Of a stretch of DNA of 64,000 bases, positions 23,001-36,219 are shown in pieces. The position numbers and the translations under genes are program-made. Below the pieces are notes generated by a model that was not told the origin of the DNA, did no database searches, and saw nothing but the letters and a program-made list of their open reading frames with translations. The DNA is from Oikopleura dioica (lineage: Eukaryota; Animalia; Chordata). Numbering within the stretch: position 1 is the first letter of the stretch; each line of letters opens with the position of its first letter. The stretch is from contig OU015566.1 of assembly GCA_907165135.1 (NCBI GenBank), positions 7,564,001-7,628,000 on the forward strand, written 5' to 3'.

Positions 23001-25794
23001 TCGAAGCGCTCGTTTTCGAAGAAATTCTCAGGCAGGGTTTCAATTTAATGTGCCAAGGCTATCCCATAATTTCTACATGGCTGTCCGAATCTAGTACTTT
23101 GACACCTTTTTGGAATCGTCTTGACAAGATCTGTCGATTTATTGAGCGAAAATTTAAAAAAAAATTGATGGCTTCGGACTTACATGGACTTGAAAAATGC
23201 ACTAGAAAACACAAAAACCGATAAAAACTCGGAAATGAGTTTGAAATCTAAAAATCGGCCTCGATAAAACAAAAGATCTTTTTATGAGGATTCTTAAAAG
23301 GTATGATAGTACTAGGCTGGCACCTATAGTTTTCCCGCAAAACGAGAAGCAAATCTGGCACATTAAATTGAAACCGGACCTCAGGTTCGCGAACGAGCCA
23401 GGTAGTCTCGGCATATTCCGGATGCTCATGGTCCTCGAAGAGTTGGTGGAATCGAGCGCGCAGAGACACTTTCGAATTGGAATTCTCAGTTTCTTCGAAA
23501 AGCCGGTTCCAATCTTCCACTACGCCGCGGGAGTAATGGGCGCTCGGATTTGCATCTTCGAATTCAAGCCCTGCACCTTTCAAATATCCCCTTGTGCAGC
23601 CAGAAATGTGAACTCGGCCGGGAATGCCCGTCGATTCCAACTTATTTGCCCAGGTTACATCTAAAAGAAATCTGGTTGAAAGCAAATAAATCAAAGTCGA
23701 AATGTTACCTTGTCCGTACACATCAAACTTGTATCGTTTACTGCCCACAATGGCGTAAATCACCCGGCCTGAGTGGATACCGACGCGCATATCGACAATT
23801 TGCCCTTCGAAGTCTGGATTGGCTGCTTTGTGTCTTCTAGCGCTTTCGAGGGCGACATCGTTTTCTTGGCAGAAAACTAAAAGATTTCATAAGAAGATAT
23901 TTTCTCGTTCGTCCAAAAGAGTACCTTTGATTGTCTTGCAGATCTTGAGCCCCATGACGACGCAGTTGTAGGCATGATCTTCATCAGGCTCTGGGCACCC
24001 AGCGACACAATAATAACAATCGCCCAAGATTGCGACTTTCTCGCACTTCATCGAATAGCAAAGTTTGTCGAATCGACCGAAGAGATCGTTGAGCATGTTG
24101 ACGAGTCTGGACGCTTCCAAGCCCGAGCTCAGTCTCGTGAAGCCGACAATATCGGCAAAAAGGATGGACACTTTGTCCTGGAGAGAGATATCACCCGCAA
24201 TGTGTCGCATCAGCTTGTCGTTGCTCGTGCTGATCACGCACTTGTCGGCGAGCGTTTTTGGCATGACGGAGTTGAGCAGCATTTGCGTCGTTTTCATGTC
24301 GCTCTCGTATTTCTGGTTGGCGCGGACGACTTCGCAGACGTTTTCGTACGACTTCATCAGATCGTCTTTCGTTTGGCGAAAGTGCTTGAGGCAGATGAGG
24401 TGCACAACGATTTGGAGGCATATTTCGGACGCGATGTACTTCAACTTGTCGGTGTGAGCTACGAAGAAATCCATTTTTAACTGACTTTGTAATGAAAACT
24501 TACCGTTGTAATGGAGAATAAATTCGAAGAGGATTGAATTGCACATTCCAATAATAAATAATTTGATCGTAGAGACTCTAATGGACGTATAAAGAACCAG
24601 GGTAACTTCGATATGTAGAATCCACGAAGCAAGAACATGAGGGAGTTGAGATTGAGAGCCGAGATTCGAAGTGAAAAGATCAGTCTAATGTGCGGGCTCA
24701 CCTTGTGCAAATGTAAAAAACGAGTGTGTCAGATTTTTAACAGCTCTTTAAATATTTGAAAGTGGATAAATGAAAATCACACGTATTCAAAATGAGCGTT
24801 GGTTGTATCATTTGCGAGCCCGGCCGAAACAGAGAAGAGGGTAAAGAGAAGAGTTCCGACCAAGATCAAGTGATGAGAGGAGGGACGAGATCGAACGCCA
24901 TTTGCGCTTTGTTTCCACCAGAAGGTTGCGGCGATTAGGAAGCCAATTATTAGTACTTTTTGAAGGATATACATTTGGCTAGCTATTTAGGGAATCAAAC
25001 CCTTCTTCAAAAATAGATGCAAGAGTAAATCCATTCCTAAGAGTACTGAGGCATAAATAATCTGCCCCAAAAAGGAGCATGATTTTGAATCGACTCCGCT
25101 TTCGTCATCCAATTGACAGTACACATCAGCAGCCTCAGCATAGATGTAATAAGCTTTTGCGCCGGTTCAGCAGATTATACTCGAGCATGAATAAATTTAA
25201 TTTTCAAAAGTCCGATTTTCGACAGAATTAGCTGAACGGGGAAATGGAAGGTGAGTCGGCCACCCAGACCCGATATTCAAAAATATAACAGCTGCACGCT
25301 CTCTGCCACCATAAGGCGGTGTATCAATCATCACCCAAGGGGGGAACTGGCTGTTATCAGCATGGAAATCATCACAGTACAGAGCAAATCGGCCATTATA
25401 GAATTTGGGATAACATACGACCAAAAATGGAATTCATTGAAAAACAACTGAATTTTATTATTTGATATTAGGATAACGAATCCATTGATATATTTGACTT
25501 CAAGCAACATATATATTATAAAATCACATTCTTAATATTTAATTTGAAATTCATTTTCGGCAAGTATATGGCCCATATAATATGGGCAAGAATACTACGA
25601 TAAAAATGATATGTGAGAATGCACGAGATTCGCAGTAAATTATTAACCCTAATTCTTAGTAAATGCTGCGCTCCAGCCATCCCTGAATTTGAGCACTTTT
25701 CATAGGATCTTGAATGTAGATGCGAGCACCTGGCAGGAGACAAGCTGCACGATGCATCCTGCATCTCCTTGTTACCGGCTGAAGGCCTCCCCAT
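20081..25794 (-). CDS. ADCY9: Transmembrane adenylyl cyclase, type 9-like (multi-exon; both ends approximate)
   Basis: C1: SILFADIVGFT...LNDLFGRFDKLC...LGDCYYCVAGCPEP..DHAY and MRVGIHSG. C2: LRIGAHCGEVTAGVMG..KLLFDIWGNTVNVASRMDSTG. Hydrophobic exons lie between them. Confidence 0.9.
23033..23379. mobile_element. hAT-like MITE forming an entire ADCY9 intron (introner-like)
   Basis: 20-bp inverted repeat GGTTTCAATTTAATGTGCCA at both ends. Direct repeat CTCAGG at 23027-23032 and 23380-23385. Confidence 0.75.
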
Positions 25795-27941
25795 GATGGG
25801 GGCCTATCAAAAACTCATTCAAAAATAAAAAATAGTCATTTATGAATATGATTATTATATTGACCTTCTTCTGATTATAGAGTTTATCAAATCTGCATTT
25901 CTTACCTATTAAGCTCTAGGTTATGGTTAATTTGAGATCAATTTCGAATTTTAAATTTTTTTATTTTATGAGTTTTCTATGAAAAGTTTAGCAATACTTT
26001 TCAAATGTTGAGAATTTCGAATTGAAATATAACATCAAATTCCCAATTTGGGTCCATGTTCCCTTTGGCCGATGCAGATCTATATCACTCAGCAGGTAGC
26101 ATTTGGCATTGTTGGCCTTTGATGCACCGAGCTTGCTCATGCAGCTGTTATCATTTTGAAAATCTTGGTCTGGGTGGCCGACTCACCGTCCACAACCTCA
26201 GCTGAACCAGACCTAGAAATAGAGCGGCGGCTAGGAGGAGGAAAACTAAATTGTCCCTAGCCCGTCTCACTAGATCCGGAACTTGGCACTAAACGACAGT
26301 AAAGTGTCTGTAGTCAAAGTTTAGTACTTACATTGACAAAATTAGTATGAGCGGATGCATCTAATCTGGTCGAGCGCCGCGACCGAGCGCACATTATTCA
26401 ACAAGTCATCACTAAAACAGTTACAGTTATAGATCTTACTGTACAGTTGCAATGCAGAAAAGGAAAAACGGTTATAAATGTCTCTTCAGTTGAAAGTGGG
26501 AAAGATGGAACGGCCTTAGACAGTGCCAAATCAGTATTGAGCCGCTTCACATATTCAAAAATCGATCAACTCGTACTATTCGTGCTCGGCTCATTACAGA
26601 GAAGCCGTCGCAATTTCAATCACACTTCCTCATTCTCTGTCTAAACTGAATTTATAACCAGTTGCAAGTTGTCCTAATTGCGAGAACTATTGCGCAACTC
26701 CTCTTTTCTTCTTGTCCTTGAAATCAAGGAAGAGAATCTGCAATTGGCAAATCCGTAATCCGGCTTATAACTGTCGAATTCGAAAGATTGGATTTAGATA
26801 AATTATAAGCTTGGTTGATGGGTAGACGATTCGGATCAACTGAGATCAATCGATATAATTGAATGATCATATCGAAATTCAGACGATTATCTACTTACTC
26901 AGTAAAATTTATTCCTCTGGCCTTTCTCTTTCTTTTCTTTTCATTGCCGGATGATTATATTCGTAAAGACAAGAAGGTATCAATAATTCATTGGCCCTCC
27001 TTGTGTCTAAATCGAGAAACTACTTACTCGCCGAAATTTTCTTTACGAAAAAAATATCCACTCCTTAGAACCGAGGATCTCTTTGATTATCCAGCCAGCT
27101 TCAGACAAAAATATAATAATCCACGGAGCGAAAAGTTTAATTAGCCGTGAACGCAGTTTTTTTTCTATTCTTGACTAAAAGAATCATCATTTCACGCGCG
27201 AAAAAAGGAAACCAAGGCGAGATTTATAAACCGCGTAAATTTAACAGTCGTAAACTCATCACATTCATAATTTTCAATCAAAAGCGGGCATTTTATTTCC
27301 ACAGCTGATTGCTATTACTTTTTCAATATTTATGTCTGTCGAGGATCGCCTGACAGCTAAACTTTGCAACCTCATTACAAAGTTTAGTAAAAGAATTTCC
27401 GACTTCGGAATCCAATAGGATCTTTTATGAATGAAAAGGTTGATCTTTTGTTGACAAAAAAGAGTTCATTAGTAGGTGAACTAATTGAGTAGCAAGAGTG
27501 GCGTAGTCAGATGTTTTTTGCCGCGTCATGAGCATAAATTTAGTGTTGTAGAATTACGACTTGCTGGTTCAAACGAATTAGGAGATCATAACTCACGGAG
27601 TATCCTCGGGGAAACCACAAACAATAACTCAAAAACAGCCAACTTGTTTTTCTCGATTTTTTTTTCTGATTAATCTTCGCTATCTTAACTAATAACAAGT
27701 ACCAAGAGATCGGTATTTTCAACCTTACAAATTTACGTAATGAAAATCAAAGCACCATTCTAAAAGGCAATAAAACCTACTCAAGCTGATTGTCAATGAT
27801 TGATCAATGAAAATAGCCGACATAGAAATAACTACTCTTATAAAGAATAAACTTACATAAGATTTCAAGTAAATATGACCCTTAGTTAGATCAGAAGCAA
27901 ACCCCTCCAAAATGGTAGGATCTCAAGTTGAGCTCTATATT

Positions 27942-28357
27942 TAGGGCCGACGAGCAAAAATGGACATGTCGAACCCGTGGAGATAAAAGTCTCAAACTCC
28001 AGTAGAATATACTTTATTAGCTAATTAAAAGAATTGTAGTTGTAAGTTTTTTGGTATGACCACGTGATCACGTGATAAAGACCCTCGAAAAGCTTGAAAA
28101 GCTTGCCGAGCTTGATCCCCTTATTGCATCATCTCCTCGACCGAATAGAAAGAAAGGTCTTTATTAGTTCTAGTGATTTAGTTAAAAAAATTCTTGGTTC
28201 CGTCTTTAGAAGAGGCGCTAGAAGCGATAAAATGCCTCAAAACTATCTAAAATTGAGGTAAAAATCCAAGTTTCACGGGTAACTTACATATTGTCCCAAA
28301 GTTTCACGCATTTACCTCAAGGGGTTCTAGGGGTTAATTTTTTGCTCGTCGGCCCTA
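27942..28357. mobile_element. hAT-like MITE (416 bp)
   Basis: 19-bp TIR TAGGGCCGACGAGCAAAAA. 8-bp TSD TCTATATT at 27934-27941 and 28358-28365. Confidence 0.92.
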
Positions 28358-30023
28358 TCTATATTTTTGTTCTCTGAGAAAAGCTAATTTGCTGAACTTC
28401 CAAATCGACTGGCAGCATCTTTTTTCTAATTCAATGGGGATCGTGGATAAAAGGCCACTAAACTCAATTGAAAAGTCTTCATAAGCGATCTTCAATGATC
28501 TTCCAGTCTATTTTTTTTTGTTCAACTCAACATTCAACTTGGTTACTTTCGACAAAATTCTGGTTGATTGCCAGAATTACAAGGGCAAACAATAAGTAAA
28601 AAACTTACAATTGCTAAAAAGTGCTTCTTCTTTTTCAAAATCCCTTTGAAACTTCTGGTCAAATAGCTAGTATTTCCTCTTCTGATTAATTCTCCACAAA
28701 AAGCTTTCTCTGAATTGAACCAAAAATAATCACTTTTTAAAACTGAAAAAGGATAAATCAAACTTGCAAAAGGGGGTTTCAAAAACAGCAATCAGCTGTC
28801 TAAGAAAAGTGATTTGGGAAATGCACAGCGCGAAAATAAATTATCTCAGCAAAAGCTCTTAAATCCAGAGCACACAGCTTTCATCATGAATAAAACATTT
28901 CCTTCTCCCATAAATCTATCATGCTCGAAGTTCAACTCAAAATCCCAAAATCATCATCTTCTGAAATTGACACTCAATCTGTCTCTCATTCTTTCCAAAT
29001 TTACAAATTTGACGAATCTGAACTATTCAGATTCAAAACAGCCAAAGTCAAAGTTCAAAAACTGCGGCGTAAATCCTCCTGATGGCGTTTAAATTAGAAG
29101 CCATCTGTTAAAACAGTTTTTGAGCAGTACTGTAAGTATTTCTGCCCTCAGGCACCTGTTACTGGCTCTTGCTATGTGCCCAAATAATGTCCTACTGATA
29201 AGAAAAAGCCGCCCAGCCACGTACTTGATAAAAACAGCCTCAACACAACCACTCGTAATGAAAATTTAACTGTAACACAAATAAACTGTTACTGTATGTA
29301 TGCACACTGAATAAGCACTATCTTCTTCTTTTCTTCTTCAATAAAATAATCTCTGGACAAATATTGTTTCTTCCAACCAAATAAGCTTTAAAAATCATAA
29401 TTTTTATTTCATAAAATTTATTGGAGAAAAAAGAGAGTAGAGTAGCTTCAACTCAAGGTGCCAATTTTCACTTGATTCAACTCGGGCCCTCTCTCTTTCT
29501 CTTTTCTTTCTCAACGATCCCGAGAGAGGATAAATGAGGTCGCCGCTAGAGCCAATCAGCGTAGGCGGTCCACAACAGATAGAAAGAGAGAGTCCAGTTC
29601 TGAGAAGAAGCCACTGTAATATAAATTTCCCTGGGAAGAGTTAACTTCCACTTTTCTTTTAAATGATGATCTTCTTGCTGAATATTTCAAGAGCATATTC
29701 ATGAAGACAGAAATCGAATACGACTTGGGAATCCCAAGTTGGGATAGGGGCGCTAAAATTGATTTTTCTTCGGAGATCTAGAGATTTATTTCGGAAAATT
29801 ATTCTTTCAAGTAGAAAATTTCAACTTTTGGCCATTGAAAATTTAAATGAAAAGGGCAATTTTGTAAGCAAAAATAGTGTGTTTTTCATGTTTTATTTAC
29901 GAAAGTTTTCACAATTAAAAAAACAGCACGGGAGGAGTCAAAAATGTCTATGAGAAATCCAAACACTCGAGCAATTTAATAATAACTGTCTTCGATTTTT
30001 TATGTTTCGTTTTTTTCCTTTTC

Positions 30024-30299
30024 TCAGATTTGTCGTAAAGAACAAGAGGAAGCCATCGTTGACATTGAAGTAGATCTTCTTGAGCTACTGCAGTTAGTGA
30101 CAGTCAGATAGGGTCGGGAGGATACTTACTGTGAAACGCGTTCCTTTCGTTTGGTCAAAAATACGCAGAAGAAGAACAAAGAGACCAAAATCAGCGGTTG
30201 CAGAATCGAGAAGCCGATCACTACTGTCTTCGATACAATAATTACAGAACTGTTTCCGTTGAACCAGCTCTTTGAACCGTCTGTTAGATTATCGTTCAT
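30024..30299 (-). CDS. Putative small single-pass membrane protein (~77 aa, two exons)
   Basis: MNDNLTDG...VVIGFSILQPLILVSLFFFCVFLTKRKER, with a strong GTAAGT...CTAACTGCAG intron spliced in frame to a Ser-rich tail. Confidence 0.55.
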
Positions 30300-30612
30300 T
30301 TTCCGTGTTTTCTCTGGTAACTGTTACTGCTCTTCGCAAATATGGCTAGGCTAGGTAGTATTGGGAAGAGAAGAGTACGTTTTTGGTCATTACGCCTTTC
30401 AATGATGCATGGTTTCGTACACAGAAGGAATCGCTACTGACAGGCTATCGCTGCATAACAAATTAACCGTGAAAGAATCGGGATAAGAAGAAATATGGAT
30501 TGAATAGCATCAATTTTTTATGTTAGAAAATTGATAAACTTGAAGTCGCGCTATCCAATATTGTCGATAAAACTCAAGACGAGATCCAACAGATTGTCCA
30601 ATAAGGCATATC

Positions 30613-31512
30613 TAGGGATTCTCACGGAAAAACATAGTGTACTCAAAATTTTCACTCTAGATGTAATTTTTCCGCTGATTCTGAATATGCCGAAATCATT
30701 ATGAAATTCCAAGTAAGTGGATATTTATAGCTGATTAGGTCGCTTGGTGGTAAGCTCTAGTACTTGGTTCGATTTGGAAGTAATCCTTGACTCGAGTCGA
30801 CTAATTCTTAGTAAACGGGTAGCTTACCACTTCCGGGAACTTTTTTGTCCAGATAACCCGCCGTTATTTGTGACAGATTTCCTACAGTAGGTCATAGTGT
30901 GCACCCACCAAGAATACGTGGGCGCGCTAATGCTTTCCGGGTCTCCCGGAGAGCGCGTAAAGCACTAGCGCGCCGTCACTTTCAGTCAATCATCCGGTGA
31001 TTTCTTGAGGTGTGGGTGTCCCATATTCTTAAATTTTTCACAGGCTCGAAAGAAAAGTCTGCTTGAGAACATTTCCAAAATTAGCGTTTTTAAGCTTGTT
31101 TAGGGCTTCAAACGCAAGAAAAACTCATTTCTGGGTCGCGCTCACCCCGTAATGCTCTACCGGGGCGCTAGTCTCGGTGAGTCTACAGGTGGTTTCGAAG
31201 GGTTCTAGTTTAGCCATAGTCTTAAGATTTTGACTGATGCTGGCAAAATGTCTGTTCTATAATATATCTAAAAATTTGAAATTTATGAGCTTGTTTGCGC
31301 ATACAAAAGTCTTGTTTTGTGTCAAATTTGCTGATTTCTAGGGTATTTTGCCAAAATAACTATTTTTCGAAAGCAGATAATGAATAAGCGTCATCATTTA
31401 AGTAAGTTCAAGATGTTTTTCGGTCAAATTGTCCTAAAAATAACAGAATATCATTCGACAATTTTGGGTGCGAAGGGCCGCGCCGCGCGCCATTTTTCCG
31501 TGAGAATCCCTA
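30613..31512. mobile_element. hAT-like non-autonomous element (900 bp)
   Basis: 20-bp TIR TAGGGATTCTCACGGAAAAA. 8-bp TSD GGCATATC at 30605-30612 and 31513-31520. No transposase ORF. Confidence 0.92.
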
Positions 31513-32012
31513 GGCATATCTACTGATGTAGATACTGTCGATTGAATCAAGCCTGAAATAAAGTCGGCTTCAAGTTAAAAACTCAAGAAGTGTAAAGCGC
31601 GGGTTTTCTTCATATTTTCGCACGAAGTCCCAAGCGGCTTCTCGATATTTTTTTCAGTTTTATATAGAATATTCAGCAAATTGGAAGAAAATCGCTGAAT
31701 AATTGAGCAGATATACCGGTATATCTGGCAGCTCGTTCAGCACAGTTGCATAGCTATTTTTTCTGTCGGGAAATAACTTTCGCCATCTGTCGTATTAATT
31801 CAAATAGCGCGCCACTTGCCTCTTGGGATACATTTTTCCTGCTCGACCAGTGGCCACTGGCTTCTCCCGGGCAATATTCGTCAAAAAATGTCAGCGATCG
31901 ATTCCGTGACTCTTTCCTAATGAGGCTTCTTTTCTCTGACCTATCGCAGTAGTTGACAAAAATTCAAAGAGAAAAAATGATGATTTTAGAATGAAAATGA
32001 AATCGGGCGAAA

Positions 32013-35000
32013 ATGGGTAGCTTCGACCTGCGGATCCTCGAGCAAGGAGGACTCAGCTTTGAAGATTTGAAGACAAATGTCTCCAAAGTTGCGCACGAGC
32101 TGGAAAGAGATCGGAAAGCGCTCAAACATCTCAAGTCAATCTTCAGAGATGTTCCGAGCAGCATTCTTGAGCAGACCAAGCACGAGAAGTCATTGAGGTT
32201 CACTATTTATCCATTAACAATTAGATAAGAGAGAAGCCGCTTTCGGCTTTGATTATTAAAAATCAGAAAGCAAAGCGCGGCTTTTTTACATTTCTTGCGA
32301 CTTCGAGCGTAATCACGTCGATCTTGGCGCGACCATTTAATATCTAATGAGAAGACCTTTCTTTACGAAAAATATTCAGCAATACGATAGTCGACCATGC
32401 GATTCCACACACTTCCGACAAAGAAACGAGCGAGTGTTTTTCGAAATACAATGATTTCATCAACGAACTCATCAAATTACAAGAGTCCTATTCGCGTCAA
32501 ATGAAGTCCAGTCTCTGTGATCCGATCGTCTCAACCGTGAATTCGCTCAAAAACCTCGACACCGTGCGAAAAGACTGGGATAGCGCGAAAACGGAATACG
32601 AACGGAAAAGCAAGAAAGGAGTAGCGTTGCAAACCGAACAACCGAATTTGAAACGCTGCGCCGCCGAGTATTTCAAAAAGAGACAACGCGCCGAGTCTGG
32701 AATTGGCACAAACTTGGCGTTTTCGTTGATCGAGTTCTCGCAGAGACAGACGGAGTACTTTCAGGAAGCGTTGGACCTTTCGAAACGATTACAAATTGAC
32801 CTTGAGCAGCGACAACCGAAGATTGCTCAGCAAAGGAAAAATGATGAAGTCACTTTGCAAAGGTTATAATTAAACCCAAGAAGAAAATAGAAATTTTAAA
32901 CATTGATATTTCAGGCTTGATGAAATCTCAAAAAAGTACGGCGGCAGTTCACACAACGAGTCGTACTCTGTCCACCAGAATCTGATCGCGTCAAACTCGA
33001 GTGCGGGCGAGACGAAGAAGGGGACGGTGTTCGTCAAGCGTCGCCACTTAGTGTCAATCGTTCAAGGTTTCAAAAAGCGCGTGGCTCACGTTCGCGAGGA
33101 CGGCTACTTCGAAATTTATCACAACAACGCGATGGAGACGCGGATCAATCTGCTAACAAGCTCCGTCAAGCGCGATCAATCGGATAGAAAGGCCTTCGAG
33201 TTGACCGCAGCAGAGAAGAATAAACCCTACATCATCATGGGCACTACTGAGCCGGAAACGGAGAATTGGGTCCAAGGTAAATTCAAATTAATTTCTTTTC
33301 AAAATCGTTTTTGTTGTTTTAAAAATAACATTTTTAGTCATCCAAAACGCTAAAAACGCTCTACTGAACAAATACTTCGAGCCCTCTGTCGACGAATTGA
33401 CAAAAAAGATCCTCGCCGCGGTGAAATCCGTGCCCGGCAATGATTGCTGCGCCGATTGCGGAAGCAGGGCGCCGACTTGGTTGAGTTTGAACTTGGGCAT
33501 TTTGGTGTGCGACTTTTGCGCTGGCGTGCATCGCGAAATTGGCGTCAATTTCTCCAAAATCAGATCAATTACGCTCGATGAATGGGGCACTGCGAATCTT
33601 CTCGTAGCGAGGTAAAACCTACTATATTTGCTGGTTTCTCACTTTGTAATTAGAAATCTTGGGAACGAAATTTTCAATGAAGTCTACGAAGCAAATCTGC
33701 GCCTAAGCGAAAAGCCAGACACATCATCATCTTCAGAGCATCGAACAAATTTCATCAAACAAAAGTACATCCACAAGCGTTTCATCCAAAAAACAGTCTA
33801 CTCGGAACAAGAGGGCATTCAAGCGCTAGAGTCCGCGATCCAAGAGTCCGACATCCATGCTATCTTGCAAGCTTACGCTGAAGGGGCGAGACCGGAAGCG
33901 AAAAGAGACCAAATTGGCTTGAGCTGCTTGCATCTCGCTGTTGAATTTGGACAGTTGCACATTGTCGAATTTTTATTGCAAAATGCTAAGGACTCGCCGG
34001 ACGGGCCAGTCGATTCTAGAGGCAATACGTTGCTGCATCACGCGCTAGAGCACTACTGCGGCAAAGATTTATGCAAACTCATTTTGAGAAAATACCCGAA
34101 TGATGCATTCAAGTCTAACTACCTCGGAAAACTGCCCTCAGAGTGCACAAAGTAAGATATAATTTGATTGAGAATCACTGTAATTTACTTTTGCTAAATC
34201 GATTTTTAACTTTCAGCAGCAACGAAATTAAATCAAGCCTGAGGGATATCGAAGGGCAGCCGGACAAGTTTAAGCTTTTGAATGTCGACTATCAGTGGAA
34301 TTTCGAGCGTAGCAATGGCGAATCAGATGATGAAGGGCTAGATGATCCAGCATCTATGAGCATGAGCCGGTCGAGACCGATGAGCACATCGACCAATCCA
34401 GCGCCATCAGCGAAAACTCCGAATACTCCAAGTTTGACGACGTTTTCCTCGATGGATCCACCATCGACAGATGCTAATTTTCTCGACCGCTCTACTGCGG
34501 ATTCGATAACAAGGTAAGAACCTAACATTCCGTGTTTCGCACTAAAACATCAAAATGAACAGCTCACCAATGAAAACTTCCAGCCCCTCGCGCTCCAAAT
34601 CACAGCGGACGAGCTCAAGCTCGAGCAATAAAATTCTTCAACATGTTCCACAGTTCACCACAAAAAATGAAGACGTCATGGATCAGCTTCGGCAACGGCT
34701 GAAGGATCCGAATCCGAGTATTCCGAGAAATATCGCTCTCGTGCCGGATCGTCACACTCCAGATCGACCGGTTGCTCGTACACGTGGATCCCAAAGCACA
34801 AAGGTAACAATATTAGTGAAAAACTTGATGTTCATAAAAATTTAGGAGCCGCGGGTAAAACTAAGACCAACTGGAAGCAACAGTTTCAGAGACAATCGGC
34901 GCTCCCAAGGAGATTCTCTCAATCGCTCGGCAAATTACCGAAACTCCGCTGAGGTAAAAAAAAACACTTTTCCTTATCTAATTCTCGAATCTATCAGTTC

Positions 35001-35693
35001 TCGAATCCGACTCCAAAAGCAAGAACAATCATCCCATCCATTCATAAAAGTCATTCTCCAAGCTCAACTCTTGTCAAACGAGATAGTCATGGTAAAAACT
35101 TCCTAATATGTCCCTTTACATCCTTTTTGCAGATTATGCAGAAGTAGGAATACTCGAGTCGACAAAAACATCGCCAAGTTCGCGTTCAAACACATTCCAA
35201 TCCCAACCTTCGCCAAATAATTCCCTTTCCTCGAAGGATGACTACAAGCGCAAATCGCGAAGTCTCGAGTCCACACTTCGCTCTGTCGATTCTTCCAACA
35301 ATTCTAGCGTCAGCAGGAATAGCTCCTTTAGCTCAAGAACATCCAGGCAAAAGGTATCTCCGTCATTCTTAAATCTTATTAAACAAATTTCTTTTCAAGC
35401 CACCATCTGAACCTGAGCAAGCGATTTTGCCCGAACCAGTGCTGGAGCAAAGCAGGTTGCCGTCAAGAGTGAGGGCGATCTACGACTGCGACGCTGATGA
35501 CGATGACGAATTAACTTTCGTCGTTGGAGAGTACATCACAATTACTCGTACGCAATTAAAAAAACTTATCCATATCTTATCTCTTGTTTTAGGCGAAGAG
35601 GAAGAAGGCTGGCTCCATGGACACATCGAATCGCAGCCTCATCGCGCTGGTCTCTTGCCTCAAATCTTCGTGGAAATCCTCGAATATCGCTGA
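32013..35693 (+). CDS. ASAP1: ASAP-family ArfGAP (BAR-PH-ArfGAP-ANK-SH3)
   Basis: ArfGAP zinc finger CADC...LNLGILVCDFCAGVHR, a PH exon, ankyrin repeats (LHLAVEFG, LLHHALEH) and a C-terminal SH3 (VRAIYDCDADDDDELTF...WLHG). The symbol denotes the ASAP1/2/3 family. Confidence 0.9.
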
Positions 35694-36219
35694 ATATGAA
35701 TATCCCTATTTAATGTTCGTCACATGGCCAAGCATCGAATCACAACGAATAAACATGTCACATAGAAAATGAACACTCTAACTGCTGCACTCATCAACAA
35801 AAAAATCAAGCTCACGAAAACTTTAAACAGACCTAACTCCCATCAGCGGCATCAGCAATTATAAATTCATTCATCAACTTTCACTTGTACCACCTCTTTT
35901 TAAAACTGCTTTCAAAAAATGAAAAAATACTTCAAATCATCATTGACTCTCTCTCTCTCTATTCTCAATTCTTATTCCTTTTCGTTCCGGTTGCATTACC
36001 TACTGTATTTAAAAAGAAAGAACTTTTACTTCCGAATACACAACACAAAATTCAACATCCGGCTTTACTACACTGACTACTCTCAAACCGCAATCAACAA
36101 AGACAACTATGAGGGGATTGACCAAATATTTTTGGTTTTATTTTTTACAAAAGTCCTAGAAATGTACAGAAATAGGGGATGAGTATACAAGAAGTTTAAA
36201 TCGCGTCGGCCACGGGGAT

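Noticed and set aside
22850-23224. 124-aa plus-strand ORF within ADCY9
   Set aside because: Antisense shadow spanning an ADCY9 exon and the MITE intron.
26440-27910. Possible degraded membrane-protein or other gene fragments
   Set aside because: Frames are repeatedly broken and no family motif could be assigned.
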